In this document: positions 9,346 to 19,220 of the stretch, one piece after another
Position numbering within the stretch: the first letter of the stretch is position 1
Layout: each line of letters opens with the position of its first letter
From: Longimicrobiales bacterium
GTDB lineage: Bacteria > Gemmatimonadota > Gemmatimonadetes > Longimicrobiales > Gaopeijiaceae
DNA: 64,000 nucleotides
Assembly: GCA_965248195.1 (NCBI GenBank)
Contig: CBDFIQ010000002.1
Location: 2,624,001 to 2,688,000 of the forward strand
Direction of reading: 5' to 3'
Position numbers and translations under genes: made by a program
The notes under the pieces: generated by a model
What the model saw: only the letters and a program-made list of their open reading frames with translations
Databases searched by the model: none
Told to the model about the DNA's origin: nothing

Positions 9346-10676
9346 CACCAGCCCCGAGAAGGCCGCGTGGGGGAAGGGATGGAATCGCCTTGGCGACGGC
9401 GCTCTTCAGCCTGCTCGTCGTGACCGTTCTGGCCCAGGGAATGTGGACGATCGCGCGACTGAACAACTTCTCCGCAGTCAACCGTGAGGATGCCGCACGG
9501 GCTCTGAACCTGGCGGAGGCCGGGGTAGCTCACACCCTGGGTCTTCTCCGTAGTCCCCTGGATTCCATGAGCCTGACGAGCCTCTTGCAAGGCTCCGACG
9601 GCACGTCGGGCACTGGGGATGACGGCCTTCTCACCGGGCATGGACTTCCGAACGCCGACATGATTCCCTCCGCGGGGATCGCGATGGAGGGAGGCACCTA
9701 CTATGTGACTCTGATCGACGATCCAGCGGATTCCGACGGCGACCCCCTCACCGACTCGAACAGCCGGATCCTCGCGCGCTGCACGGGTGTGACCGATACC
9801 GAAGGGTCGGCGTCCATCGACGTAATCATTGGCATCCCCCGGTTTCCGGCCATGGCTTCGAACGGCAACCTCATGATCAACGGGAATCCGTTCATCCTGG
9901 GCGCTTGCGGGGGCGCGCACGCCAACAACGTCGTGATCGTCAGTGGCACACCCACGGTGGAGACCCAGATCTCCGCGTCGGATTCGGTCGAGGTGAGTGG
10001 ACAGATCAACCAAGCCGGCGGTGGGCAATCCACTCCGCTCAATCATCAGCCCCCGGTGGACGTCCCCGACCTCGATGCCATGGAATACTGCGGTGAGGCC
10101 GACTTCATTCTGCGAGCCAACGGCTACCTGGTCACCGTGGGTCCGCCGAGGGACAGCACCGAGGCCGACGACAACCCGGTCAACGGATGGCAGATGGGGA
10201 GTGACGACCCCGTCGAGTGGAACCTCAGCGGCAACTCGACGGTCGGCGGAAGCTACTGCATCGAGGGCAATGCGGTGGTCTCGGGGAACCCCACGGGTCC
10301 CGGAGGAACCCCGCTTCCTCTGTCCTTGTTCGTTGACGGGTCGGTACAGTACTCGGGGAACCCGAGGATCACCGCGGCGCATCCGGATGGCGTACTCATC
10401 ATGGCGAACGGGGACGTGGGCGTTTCCGGCAATTTCGAGGGGTCAACCGACAATTACGACGGCTTCATCTACGCAAAAAGTCAGTGCCAGGTCAACGGGA
10501 ACCCGCAGATCGAAGGACAGATCCTCTGCAGAGACGACCCCAATCCGCCGAACAGCAAGGAGTTCGTGTCCGAGACCGGCATTAGCGGAAACCCGACTAT
10601 CCACTACAACTGTGGGGGTATGCTCGCCGGAGCGCGTCGGATCCTCTCCTGGTATCAGACGCTGGGAGGCGGCTGA
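9321..10676 (+). CDS. PilX-like protein with a large C-terminal repeat domain
   Basis: GAGGAG RBS before GTG at 9321 (ATG at 9294 is an alternative start); DG|IALATAL with no Glu5, as usual for PilX; ALNLAEAGV motif; repeated (V/I)xGNP units. Confidence 0.85.
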   Translation: MDLFEKSLAPAPRRPRGGRDGIALATALFSLLVVTVLAQGMWTIARLNNFSAVNREDAARALNLAEAGVAHTLGLLRSPLDSMSLTSLLQGSDGTSGTGDDGLLTGHGLPNADMIPSAGIAMEGGTYYVTLIDDPADSDGDPLTDSNSRILARCTGVTDTEGSASIDVIIGIPRFPAMASNGNLMINGNPFILGACGGAHANNVVIVSGTPTVETQISASDSVEVSGQINQAGGGQSTPLNHQPPVDVPDLDAMEYCGEADFILRANGYLVTVGPPRDSTEADDNPVNGWQMGSDDPVEWNLSGNSTVGGSYCIEGNAVVSGNPTGPGGTPLPLSLFVDGSVQYSGNPRITAAHPDGVLIMANGDVGVSGNFEGSTDNYDGFIYAKSQCQVNGNPQIEGQILCRDDPNPPNSKEFVSETGISGNPTIHYNCGGMLAGARRILSWYQTLGGG

Positions 10677-10691
10677 CGCCTCAGCTACGGC

Positions 10692-12149
10692 TCAGCACCA
10701 CCGCACACGAACCCGGTATTCCACGCGCGTCTCGCCGTTCGCCTCGATCTCGGGCGTCAGCGTGAACGTCCAGGCATCGGTCTTCTCGAACGGATGCGTC
10801 GACGACAGGATCTGCCAGTCGCCGCCCACAGGCTCGACGAGCATGACCTCGACGTCTTCGTCCTTGTGGTTCCTCAGATCGATCTGCCACGTGCTCTCCG
10901 AGACGCAGCCCGAGATCACCGTATAGTCCATCTGGCGGCGGTCACCGACGACGTCGAAGGCCTCTCCCATCTTGATGCGCAACTCCTCGTCGCGCGGCGT
11001 GTGATCGATCAGGTCCTCGCCGACGAACTGAAGGGCACCCGTGTGGTCGCGCTTGTAGACACGCACGACGCCCTTTGGGAGCGGCATACCTAGGCCGTTC
11101 CGCTCGCTGTTCTCGAAGTCGAGGAAGACGCCGACCTTCTGGTTCGCCGTGACCTGGCCGTAGTGACCCCGGTAGTAGTGCGTCGCGCCGTGGAAGATGA
11201 GCATCTTCTCGACCCCGAAGTCGTCGGACTCCAGAAGCGTGACTTGCTTCTGCTCGTTGTTCATGAGGTCCGCGGGGCGACCGAGCGTGTACAGGTGGTA
11301 CTCGAAGAAGGCGTTCTCCGTAAAGCCCGCGCCCTCCTGCACCGCCATTGCGTCGGCCATCATCATCGATCGGCTCTCGCGCCTCATGTTGCCTTGCACA
11401 CGCTGCACGTCGCCCGCGACCAGTTGGAGCCGAGCGTTTTCGTACGCCGTCCCGCTCTGGTTCGTGAGCGTCACCCAGCCCGTGAGCGCCGCCGCGTCGT
11501 CGTCCTCGTTGAGGACCATGACGTAGTCGGACTTCCAGTTCAGGCTGCTGGTGAGGTACGAGACCTCGACCTGTTGTTGGCCACCCGTTGCGTCGAGCCG
11601 CCACAGCAGCGTCGGCTCGGCGATAAGGTTGTCGGGAACCTCGGGGAAGCCGAAGCGCCCGGGGTAGTTGAACGTGATCTCACCGCCGATCCTCAGGATC
11701 GTACCGCCGTTCACCGACACGACCTCGGCCTCGACCGCCTCGTCCACGCCGGTCTGCGGATTGGTCCGATATACGTTCACGGACCGGCCGACGTACTTCT
11801 CGAGGAGCTTCTGAGGGCTCAGTAGGTCGAATTGGTAGTTCTGCTCGAGCACCTGCAATGGACCACCGCTGAGCGTGCGAATGTGGACCGTTTCAGGCTG
11901 GATACCGGACGCGACGTCGCCGTACTCCAGGGCGATGCGCCCTGAAGAGAGGTCGAGTGTCCGGATCTCGCGCACGAGCCCGAAGTTCTGGTTGTAGACG
12001 GTGATCGACACCGCGTCACGCTGTGCGGACGTGGAGCGGAGCGTCGGAGATTCTTGAGTGACCAGCGTCGACTCGGTCGCGGCGGGTTGGGTGCCGGAGG
12101 GCACGGTCACCGCCGCGAGGGTCGCGGCTATGGCAAGTAGTTTTCGCAT
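10692..12149 (-). CDS. DUF4139 domain-containing secreted protein
   Basis: Signal peptide; SITVYNQNFGLVRE, VLEQNYQFDLL, YLTSSLNWKSDY, FFEYHLYTL, LGMPLPKGVVRVY and IDHTP motifs. Confidence 0.85.
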   Translation of the reverse strand: MRKLLAIAATLAAVTVPSGTQPAATESTLVTQESPTLRSTSAQRDAVSITVYNQNFGLVREIRTLDLSSGRIALEYGDVASGIQPETVHIRTLSGGPLQVLEQNYQFDLLSPQKLLEKYVGRSVNVYRTNPQTGVDEAVEAEVVSVNGGTILRIGGEITFNYPGRFGFPEVPDNLIAEPTLLWRLDATGGQQQVEVSYLTSSLNWKSDYVMVLNEDDDAAALTGWVTLTNQSGTAYENARLQLVAGDVQRVQGNMRRESRSMMMADAMAVQEGAGFTENAFFEYHLYTLGRPADLMNNEQKQVTLLESDDFGVEKMLIFHGATHYYRGHYGQVTANQKVGVFLDFENSERNGLGMPLPKGVVRVYKRDHTGALQFVGEDLIDHTPRDEELRIKMGEAFDVVGDRRQMDYTVISGCVSESTWQIDLRNHKDEDVEVMLVEPVGGDWQILSSTHPFEKTDAWTFTLTPEIEANGETRVEYRVRVRWC

Positions 12150-12228
12150 CGGATTCACCTCTGTATCGAGAGTCGGCCGGTATCGAGCTCGACCGAACGT
12201 TTCTGCCCATTAGTGAATCGCCCCGGGT

Positions 12229-13164
12229 TCATCGGAGACTGTTTGACTTGAGTGTCAGAGGCTCACCTGGAGCGTCCTGACGCGAATAATACAACTCTTC
12301 GTACTCGGCCGGCGGGATATGGCCGTGGGGCTCGAAGAGGCGATGGTGATTGAACCACCAGACCCATTCGAGGGTGGCGAGCTCGATGTCTTCGAGGGTG
12401 CGCCACGGACCGCGTGGACGAATGAGCTCGGTCTTGTAGAGTCCGATGATCGTCTCGGCCAGGGCGTTGTCATACGAATCCCCCCGGCTGCCTACGGACG
12501 GCTCGATGCCTGCCAACGCCAGGCGCTCGGTGTAGCGGATAGACAGGTACTGCCCCCTGCGGTCGCTGTGATGCACCAGGCGCTTGTCTGCGTCGTCCTC
12601 GCGTTCACAGATCGCCTGCTCGAGAGCGTCGAGCGCTAAGTCACTGCGTAATGAGTTCGAGACCCGCCATCCGACGATGCGACGGCTGAACGCATCGATC
12701 ACGAACGCCACGAAGACAAACGCATGGCCCGTCCGCACGTACGTGAGGTCCGAGACCCACAGCTCGTTGGGACGTGCCGCGCTGAAGTCTCGGTTCACGA
12801 GGTCCAGCGGGCGCTCGTCGCCCTCCGCCGTGTGCGTTGTCACCTTGAAGCGCCGCCCTCGCGTAACCCCACAAAGCTCCAGTTCCTTCATGAGCCGAGC
12901 CACCGTGCATCGAGCCACGGTGATGCCTTCCCGGTTCAGCTGCTTCCACACCTTCTTCGCCCCGTAGACCTGGAAGTTCTGCATCCACACTCGACGGATC
13001 TCCGGCTTCAGCATCTCGTCGCGCTGAGCCCGGACCGATCGTAGCGTCGGATCTGCCTGCATCGCCTTGTGCGTGTAGTAGGTCGACGGAGCGATCGGCA
13101 GTACCTCGCAGATCGGCTCGACTCCGTACGTGGGCCGGTAATCGTCGATGAAGGCCACCATCAC
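12229..13164 (-). CDS. IS3 transposase OrfB (DDE integrase core)
   Basis: [26 protein letters not shown] and [15 protein letters not shown] motifs. Confidence 0.95.
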   Translation of the reverse strand: MMVAFIDDYRPTYGVEPICEVLPIAPSTYYTHKAMQADPTLRSVRAQRDEMLKPEIRRVWMQNFQVYGAKKVWKQLNREGITVARCTVARLMKELELCGVTRGRRFKVTTHTAEGDERPLDLVNRDFSAARPNELWVSDLTYVRTGHAFVFVAFVIDAFSRRIVGWRVSNSLRSDLALDALEQAICEREDDADKRLVHHSDRRGQYLSIRYTERLALAGIEPSVGSRGDSYDNALAETIIGLYKTELIRPRGPWRTLEDIELATLEWVWWFNHHRLFEPHGHIPPAEYEELYYSRQDAPGEPLTLKSNSLR

Positions 13165-13481
13165 CGAACTCGGCGGTCGAGCTCCGCCTGTGCGAAATAC
13201 GCCGATGCCTTACGCAGAATCTCGTTCGCCCGCTTCAGCTCACGATTCTCACGCTCCAGCACCTTCAGTCGCTCACGCTCTTCTGTCTTGAGACCGGGCC
13301 GTTGCCCCGTGTCTCGCTCCGCTCGTCGAACCCATTTACGTAGCGTCTCCGCCGTGCACCCGATCTTCTCCGAGATCGAGCAGATCGCCGCCCACTGTGA
13401 GCTGTACTCAGGCTCGTGCTCGAAAACCATCCGAACGGCTCGCTCCCGTACCTCTGGGGAGTACTGTCCTTTCCTTTTCAT
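13161..13481 (-). CDS. IS3 transposase OrfA (HTH plus leucine zipper)
   Basis: [13 protein letters not shown]...ETLRKWVR...[30 protein letters not shown]. Confidence 0.95.
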   Translation of the reverse strand: MKRKGQYSPEVRERAVRMVFEHEPEYSSQWAAICSISEKIGCTAETLRKWVRRAERDTGQRPGLKTEERERLKVLERENRELKRANEILRKASAYFAQAELDRRVR

Positions 13482-13531
13482 GACTCCATCCTCTCAACTG
13501 ATGGAGTCTCCGGCAAACCCGGGGTGATTCA

Positions 13532-13640
13532 GAACAGGTCCGGGTTGCTGGTGAAGAGCCCGTCGACTCCCAACCCGAAGAGGAAGTGCGCGATCTCCTC
13601 TTCGACGGTCGCCCAACCGCCCGGATCCCCCTCGCGGAAC
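13532..13640 (-). pseudogene. C-terminal scrap of a glycerophosphodiester phosphodiesterase
   Basis: FREGDPGGWATVEEEIAHFLFGLGVDGLFTSNPDLF matches the GDPD C-terminal GVDGxFTDxPD signature. The stop codon comes from the IS3 end. Confidence 0.65.
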
Positions 13641-13661
13641 CTCGCCGCTCTGAGGAGAAAG

Positions 13662-13883
13662 CTCCATTTCCACGTCTGTGTCATCGACGGTGTGTTCTGC
13701 GAGGATCCCCTGGGCTCGGTCCAGTTCCACGAGGCCACCCATCTCACGGCCTCCGACTGGGACCAGCTACAGCAGACCGTTCGACACCGCGTGCTCCCTT
13801 ACTTCCACCGCCACGGTTTGCTCGAACGCCACGTCACCGATGACAGGCTCAGCTGGCAAGCCTCCGGTGGCTTCAGCATCGAT
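13662..13883 (+). pseudogene. Internal fragment of an IS91-family (HUH/Y2) transposase
   Basis: LHFHVCVIDGVF HUH-type motif and downstream GGFSID. Confidence 0.75.
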
Positions 13884-14778
13884 TACTTGAACAGCCCACT
13901 GCTTGTCGTCGACGAGGTGGGCTTCCGGCCGCTTGACCGCCAGGAGGCGAATCTGTTCTTCCACCTCGTCAGCGCCCGCTACGAGAAGGGCTCCATCATC
14001 CTGACGTCGAACAAGAAGCTGTCCCAACCGTAGTTGAAGGTTCCTGATAGGGGAGAAAGAAAAGTGGTGGCTCCGGGGGTCCCGGGCCGATAGGCTCGGG
14101 TAGGCAAAAACCCCAACACGGAGCCACCACGATGAAGAGAACGTACGAGGTAAGGGATCGGGCGGACAAGCGCGCGATCAGGGAGTTCCTGAAGCGGGAG
14201 GGGCAGTTTCTGCTTCCGATGCTTGAGCTCGTGGAGCAGACGGAGGTCGCGATCGACGAAGTCATCCAGGTGATGGGACGAGCGACGATCGAAGCGGTGC
14301 TGGAGATGAGCGCCGAGGGTGTGGCAGGCGTGAAGCAGGCAGGTCGGTCACGAGCGGAAGACGACACGGTGTGGTATGGCCGGCAGGGTGGTGTGGTTTA
14401 CCTGTCGGACCGGAAGGTGCGTGTGGAGCGGCCACGGCTCAGGCGCCGGGGCGCCGGGGAGGGTGGCGAGGTCGAGGTGCCGGCGTACGCAGCGATGCGG
14501 AGACCGGGCGCCGTGGCGGATCGGATGCTCGAGGTCCTGATGGCGGGGGTGAGCACGCGGAAGTACGGCCGTGTGATCGGTGAGATGGCCGACACGGTCG
14601 GGGTGAGCAAGTCGGCGGTGAGCCGTGAGACGGTCGAGGCCTCGGAGCGCGTGCTGAAGGAGCTGATGGAGCGCCGGCTGGATGCGTGGGACCTCCTGGT
14701 GATCTACCTGGACGGGATCCAGATGGGCTCGCACCACGTGCTTGCTGCGGTAGGCGTGGACTCAGACGGAAAGAAGCA

Positions 14779-16154
14779 GGTAGTGTCCCTAGATTTGTGT
14801 AAAAGCGGATAAGCTGGACAGGAGGGAAAGAAAAACGGAAGCTCCTCTGTTGTTGTTCACTGTCACATGAACCCGGGAGTCCGGGTCTGCAGAGCAGGCT
14901 CGGAACCGGAGAGGAGCTTCCGATGCAAGAGATTGTGGAGATCGGTCGGGCCACGCAAGACGAGCTACGCGATGATTTGCGCGAGCTGTTTCAAGGCGCG
15001 ATCCGGCTGACGCTCGAGATGGTGCTGGAAGAGGAGCTGAAGGCCATGGTAGGTGCACGCCGCTTCGAGCGGGTGGGAAGCCGGAAGGACCATAGGAACG
15101 GCACATACCTGAGGCGGCTGCTGACGAGCCTGGGGCAGATCGAGGTCGCCATGCCCCGGAGCCGGGACAACGGTTCGCCGGCCGACGTGATCGGCCGCTA
15201 CCAGCGCAGGAGCCCCGAGCTCGACGAGATGATGGTCGAGGCGTATGTGAGCGGCGTGTCACAGCGCAAGATGGGCGACGTCACCGAGGCGCTGATGGGC
15301 GAGCGTGTTGGGCGCTCGACGGTGAGTCGTGTGGCAAAACGGCTCGACGAGGCCGTGGAAGGGCTGCGCCGTGCGCCGATCGAGGGGCCTCACCCCTATC
15401 TGTACCTGGACGCCACGTTCTTGGACGCCCGCTGGGCCCGCAAAGTCGAGAACGTGAGTGCGCTCGTGGCGTATGCAGTGGGCCCTGAGGGTCACCGACG
15501 GCTCCTGGCCGTCACGCTGGGCGCTGAGGAGTCGCAGCAGAGCTGGTCGGAGCTCCTCGAGCAACTCCAGGACCGCGGCCTCGGCGGTGTCGAGCTCGTG
15601 ATCGCCGATGAGCACGCAGGCCTGGCAGCTGCGGTCCGCCGCTTCCTGCCCGAGGCACGCCGTCAGAGGTGTACGGTCCATCTGCAGCGTAATGTGGGGG
15701 CGAGGGTCCCCCACCGCCTACGCAAGCGCGTGGCGCGTGAGGTCTCGGTGATCTTCCAGACATCCGGACTCGCCGAGGCGAAGAAGCTCCTGGGCGAGTT
15801 CGGCGCACGCTGGAAGAAGGAGCTGCCCGAGGCCGTGGAGGTCCTGGAGCGGGGCTTCGGGGCAGCGACGCAGTTCTACGCGTTCCCCGAGGCGCACTGG
15901 CCCCGGCTGCGTACCACCAACAGCCTCGAGCGGCTGCACGGCGAGATCAAACGCAGGATCAAGGCCGCCGGCGCCTTCCCGGACCGGGCCAGCGCCCTCA
16001 GGCTCATCACGGCCGTCGCACTCAGGACCACACACGTCTGGGGCGACCGGCGTTACCTCGACCTCTCACTCCTCCAGAAACAGGAGGTCGCCCAAGCAGC
16101 CTAGCCGAAGGCGAGGAGCTTCCTCCGCTTTTACACACAAATCGGGACTTGACC
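14779..16154 (+). mobile_element. Inner IS256-family element, 1376 bp, apparently intact
   Basis: IRs GGTAGTGTCCCTAGATTTGTGTAAAAGCGGA and (reverse complement) GGTCAAGTCCCGATTTGTGTGTAAAAGCGGA; 8-bp TSD AAGAAGCA at 14771-14778 and 16155-16162. Confidence 0.95.
14923..16104 (+). CDS. IS256-family (Mutator-type) transposase
   Basis: RNG.Y.R.L.T..G, YLYLDA, VIADEH.GL, QRCTVHLQRN and RTTNSLERLHGEIKRR motifs. Confidence 0.96.
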   Translation: MQEIVEIGRATQDELRDDLRELFQGAIRLTLEMVLEEELKAMVGARRFERVGSRKDHRNGTYLRRLLTSLGQIEVAMPRSRDNGSPADVIGRYQRRSPELDEMMVEAYVSGVSQRKMGDVTEALMGERVGRSTVSRVAKRLDEAVEGLRRAPIEGPHPYLYLDATFLDARWARKVENVSALVAYAVGPEGHRRLLAVTLGAEESQQSWSELLEQLQDRGLGGVELVIADEHAGLAAAVRRFLPEARRQRCTVHLQRNVGARVPHRLRKRVAREVSVIFQTSGLAEAKKLLGEFGARWKKELPEAVEVLERGFGAATQFYAFPEAHWPRLRTTNSLERLHGEIKRRIKAAGAFPDRASALRLITAVALRTTHVWGDRRYLDLSLLQKQEVAQAA

Positions 16155-16879
16155 AAGAAGCACGTGCTGGGCGTGAGGGAAGGAGCGAGTGAGAACGCCG
16201 AGGTGACCAGCGCGCTCCTAGAGGATCTGGTCGAGCGCGGCCTGGACCCGGGCAGGCGGCGGCTGTTCGTGATCGATGGCTCGAAAGCGCTCAGGAAGGC
16301 GATCGAGAAGGTGTTCGGCCAACGTCACCCCATCCAGCGCTGCCGCAACCACAAGCTCCGCAACGTGCTGGGTCATCTGCCGAAGGATCAGCATCCTCAG
16401 GTGAAGGCGGCGTTCCGGGCGGCGATGAAGCTGGACGCGAAGCAGGGCGAGCAGAAGCTCGAGCAGCTCGCCCGATGGCTCGAGCGCGACCACCCCTCGG
16501 CCTCGGCCAGCCTACGCGAAGGCCTCAGCGAGATGTTCACGATCAACCGGCTCGGCCTCCCGCCGCGGCTGAGGAAGTGCCTGGGCTCGACCAACCTGAT
16601 CGACAGCACCCACTCGGGCGTAAGACAGAAGACCCGCAGGGTGACCAACTGGAAGAACGGAGCGATGGCCTTGCGCTGGGCTGCGGCCTCGTTCGTGGAG
16701 ACCGAGAAGAGCTACCGGAGGATCATCGGCTACGACCAGCTCTGGATGCTCAGGGCCCACCTCGACGACCATGAACCGGTTGCCGAAATGAGAAAGGCAG
16801 GCTAACAAGGAGACTCTCCGGAGCCACCACCTTCAACTGTCAGCGGGACACCATCTCGAACAAACACGTGCGCGACTAG

Positions 16880-17053
<174 letters not shown>

Positions 17054-17056
17054 TGA

Positions 17057-17116
17057 AGACTTCGGGTGCGCAGAACTGGGTGTCTCCCAACTGCGTAAAT
17101 CTGGTGTCTCTTTACA
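17057..17116 (+). mobile_element. Right end of the IS21-family element
   Basis: Two tandem repeats, TGCGCAGAACTGGGTGTCTC (17067-17086) and TGCGTAAATCTGGTGTCTC (17092-17110), then a terminal TTTACA, directly after istB. Confidence 0.75.
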
Positions 17117-17227
17117 TCACCTCCTCAAGGATCTATTTGAAGGGCGAAAGCTCGAAGATGGAACGGCGGTCTCAACCAACAGCGGAAGAACGCCGCCTGA
17201 GACGTTTACACACCTATTGACCCAACC
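17117..17227 (+). mobile_element. 3' remnant of a third IS256-family element
   Basis: HLLKDLFEGRKLEDG then (frameshifted) QRKNAA*, resembling IS256 transposase C-termini; terminal TTTACACACCTATTGACCCAACC resembles the inner IS256 IR. Confidence 0.6.
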
Positions 17228-17241
17228 GCGGAATTGCGAAT

Positions 17242-18648
17242 ATGAAAAACTGGTCAGAAGATACCGTGGCAATATTAACGGGGGCAATAATTCTCGGTAT
17301 TGCTGTTCTGGTTTTTCTGCTAATGCCCTATGCGGAAGTAGCACAGGCAGTTCTGGGCTCGGCTGGCAATCTTGAGTCATGGCTGACCACAGCCGATTTT
17401 GGCAGTGGCATTACCGGCTTTCTGCAGACTCTGGTTTCAGGTTCCAGACCATCGGCCTGGGGACTGAATCCGCTGACGGCTTTCCCACCGAACATATTTA
17501 TTTATGCGCTGGTGCTATTTGCAGTGCTGGCTTTATTGCTTGGTGGGGGCGTTGTGCTCATGAAGGAGAAACTCAAACCTTTTGTGAAAGGTTTTGGTTT
17601 TGTTTTTCTGGTAGCTGTGATGGCCTATCTGCTAGCTGCACAAACTGAATTTAGAAGTATCGGATTGGGTTATGCCCTGTGGGCTATCATACTGGGATTG
17701 TTTATCAGTAATGCATTCGGTATCCCGGATTTTATAAGGCCGGCTCTTAAACACGAACTGTTTATCAAAACCGGCCTGGTACTGCTGGGGGCAGAAGTAC
17801 TCTTTGGCAGAATCCTGGCTATAGGTGTGCCAGGTATTTTTGTCGCCTGGATTGTCACCCCCGTGGTACTTATCAGTACCTTCTGGTTTGGGCAAAGGAT
17901 ACTCAAGATTGGCTCTAAAACCCTGAATATCACCATCAGCGCAGACATGTCCGTTTGTGGGGTCTCAGCAGCAATTGCAACAGCCGCAGCGTGCAAGGCG
18001 ACCAAGGAAGAACTCACTACTGCTGTTGGTCTTTCCATGATTTTCACCTCAGTCATGATGGTGGCATTGCCGGTGTTTATTACCGCAGTGGGGATGCCTG
18101 AAGTCTTGGGCGGTGCCTGGATGGGGGGTACCATTGATGCCACAGGCGCCGTGGTGGCTGCAGGGGCTTTCCTGGGTGATACTGCATTGAATGTCGCTGC
18201 CACTATCAAAATGATTCAGAATATTTTGATAGGCGTGCTGGCATTTGGGGTCGCTGTTTACTGGACGACTAAAGTAGAGAGGAGCGCTGGCCAGGATGTG
18301 ACGGCAATTGAAATCTGGAATCGCTTTCCAAAATTTGTGCTGGGTTTTATCGGCGCGAGTTTGTTTTTTTCCCTGTTTTATGAAGTACTAAACAGCGATG
18401 TCGCCATTGTATTGATAGACAATGGCGTACTGGATTTTAGTTCCGATGTGCGTGCATGGCTGTTTGCTCTTGCTTTTGCCAGTATTGGCTTATCCACCAA
18501 CTTCAAGGAGTTAAGCGCCCAGTTTTCAGGAGGTAAGCCCTTAATTCTTTATATTTGTGGGCAGAGTCTGAATCTTGGGCTGACCCTGTTAATGGCCTGG
18601 ATTATGTTCTACAAGGTTTTCCCAGACATCACCAATGCCCTATCATAG
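17242..18648 (+). CDS. YeiH/UPF0324 (putative sulfate exporter) family membrane protein, low GC
   Basis: [44 protein letters not shown] and FPKFVLGF motifs; many TM helices; AT-rich codon usage. Confidence 0.9.
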   Translation: MKNWSEDTVAILTGAIILGIAVLVFLLMPYAEVAQAVLGSAGNLESWLTTADFGSGITGFLQTLVSGSRPSAWGLNPLTAFPPNIFIYALVLFAVLALLLGGGVVLMKEKLKPFVKGFGFVFLVAVMAYLLAAQTEFRSIGLGYALWAIILGLFISNAFGIPDFIRPALKHELFIKTGLVLLGAEVLFGRILAIGVPGIFVAWIVTPVVLISTFWFGQRILKIGSKTLNITISADMSVCGVSAAIATAAACKATKEELTTAVGLSMIFTSVMMVALPVFITAVGMPEVLGGAWMGGTIDATGAVVAAGAFLGDTALNVAATIKMIQNILIGVLAFGVAVYWTTKVERSAGQDVTAIEIWNRFPKFVLGFIGASLFFSLFYEVLNSDVAIVLIDNGVLDFSSDVRAWLFALAFASIGLSTNFKELSAQFSGGKPLILYICGQSLNLGLTLLMAWIMFYKVFPDITNALS

Positions 18649-18937
18649 CAGACTGTTGAAAATGATCCTCCGCCTTGTACTTCATCCCGCTCGGTTAATT
18701 CCCAAGCTGAAAATATTTTTGAAATTGTCCATTTTCTTGACTGCCTTAGTGATTTTACAACTGGGGATTGTTCAAATGAGTAGACAAGTGGACGCCATTC
18801 GTGCGCAGACTGCCTTGATAACAGAAAAGAATATTGATCCATCCGCCTTGTTCTATACAGAAAGTGATTTGGCACTCAATGCCGAAAAAGAAGTGCGGCA
18901 ACGAATATCAGCCTCAAGACTGGAATCAAGTAATTAG
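18635..18937 (+). CDS. Small hypothetical membrane-anchored protein, low GC
   Basis: Overlaps the transporter stop; one hydrophobic segment then [11 protein letters not shown]. Confidence 0.6.
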   Translation: MPYHSRLLKMILRLVLHPARLIPKLKIFLKLSIFLTALVILQLGIVQMSRQVDAIRAQTALITEKNIDPSALFYTESDLALNAEKEVRQRISASRLESSN

Positions 18938-18957
18938 GGCGTGTTAGCACGCCCTAA
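18934..18957. repeat. Perfect 10-bp-arm palindrome at the low-GC island boundary
   Basis: TTAGGGCGTG-TTAG-CACGCCCTAA. Confidence 0.85.
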
Positions 18958-19220
18958 GATCCCACTCAATCCGATCGCCCGGTTGGACGGAAGTAGAAGT
19001 AAAGGATGCGGGGTGGCCGCTCCCCCTCGTAGTGGCGGGCGCGCTCGTAGGCGATGGCGGTGACGACAAAACGTCCAACGACAGCCTGAGCGCTACACCC
19101 CGAAGTGGAATGGTGAACGTCTTGTTTGCGCCTCCACGGAGTTCGCTGATCCGCAAGCGTACGAAGAACGCTCCACCGGCTCCAGAAACCGCTCCCCGTC
19201 CGATGCGGCGGGGAGGCCAC

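Larger units (their letters stand above)
12214..13531 (-). mobile_element. IS3-family insertion sequence (IS51-like subgroup), 1318 bp
   Basis: Terminal IRs TGAATCGCCCCGGGTTCATCGGAGACT and (reverse complement) TGAATCACCCCGGGTTTGCCGGAGACT enclose orfA and orfB. No target duplication is visible. Confidence 0.95.
14132..16805 (+). pseudogene. IS256 transposase interrupted by a second IS256
   Basis: 14132-14778 plus 16163-16805 rejoin in frame (GVDSDGKK|HVLGVREG) to 429 aa with YLDG, VIDG, QRCRNHK and STNLIDS motifs. Confidence 0.92.
14015..16855 (+). mobile_element. Outer IS256-family element (1457 bp once the inner element and one TSD copy are removed)
   Basis: IRs GAAGCTGTCCCAACCGTAGTTGAAGGT and (reverse complement) GATGGTGTCCCGCTGACAGTTGAAGGT; 8-bp TSD TCGAACAA at 14007-14014 and 16856-16863. 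Confidence 0.93.

Noticed and set aside
16149..16805. Independent 218-aa transposase
   Set aside because: It is the C-terminal half of the outer IS256 transposase; the TTG start comes from the inner IS end.
17217..17246. Hybrid promoter from the IS-end TTGACC driving the transporter
   Set aside because: The matching -10 position would overlap the start codon and is a poor match.
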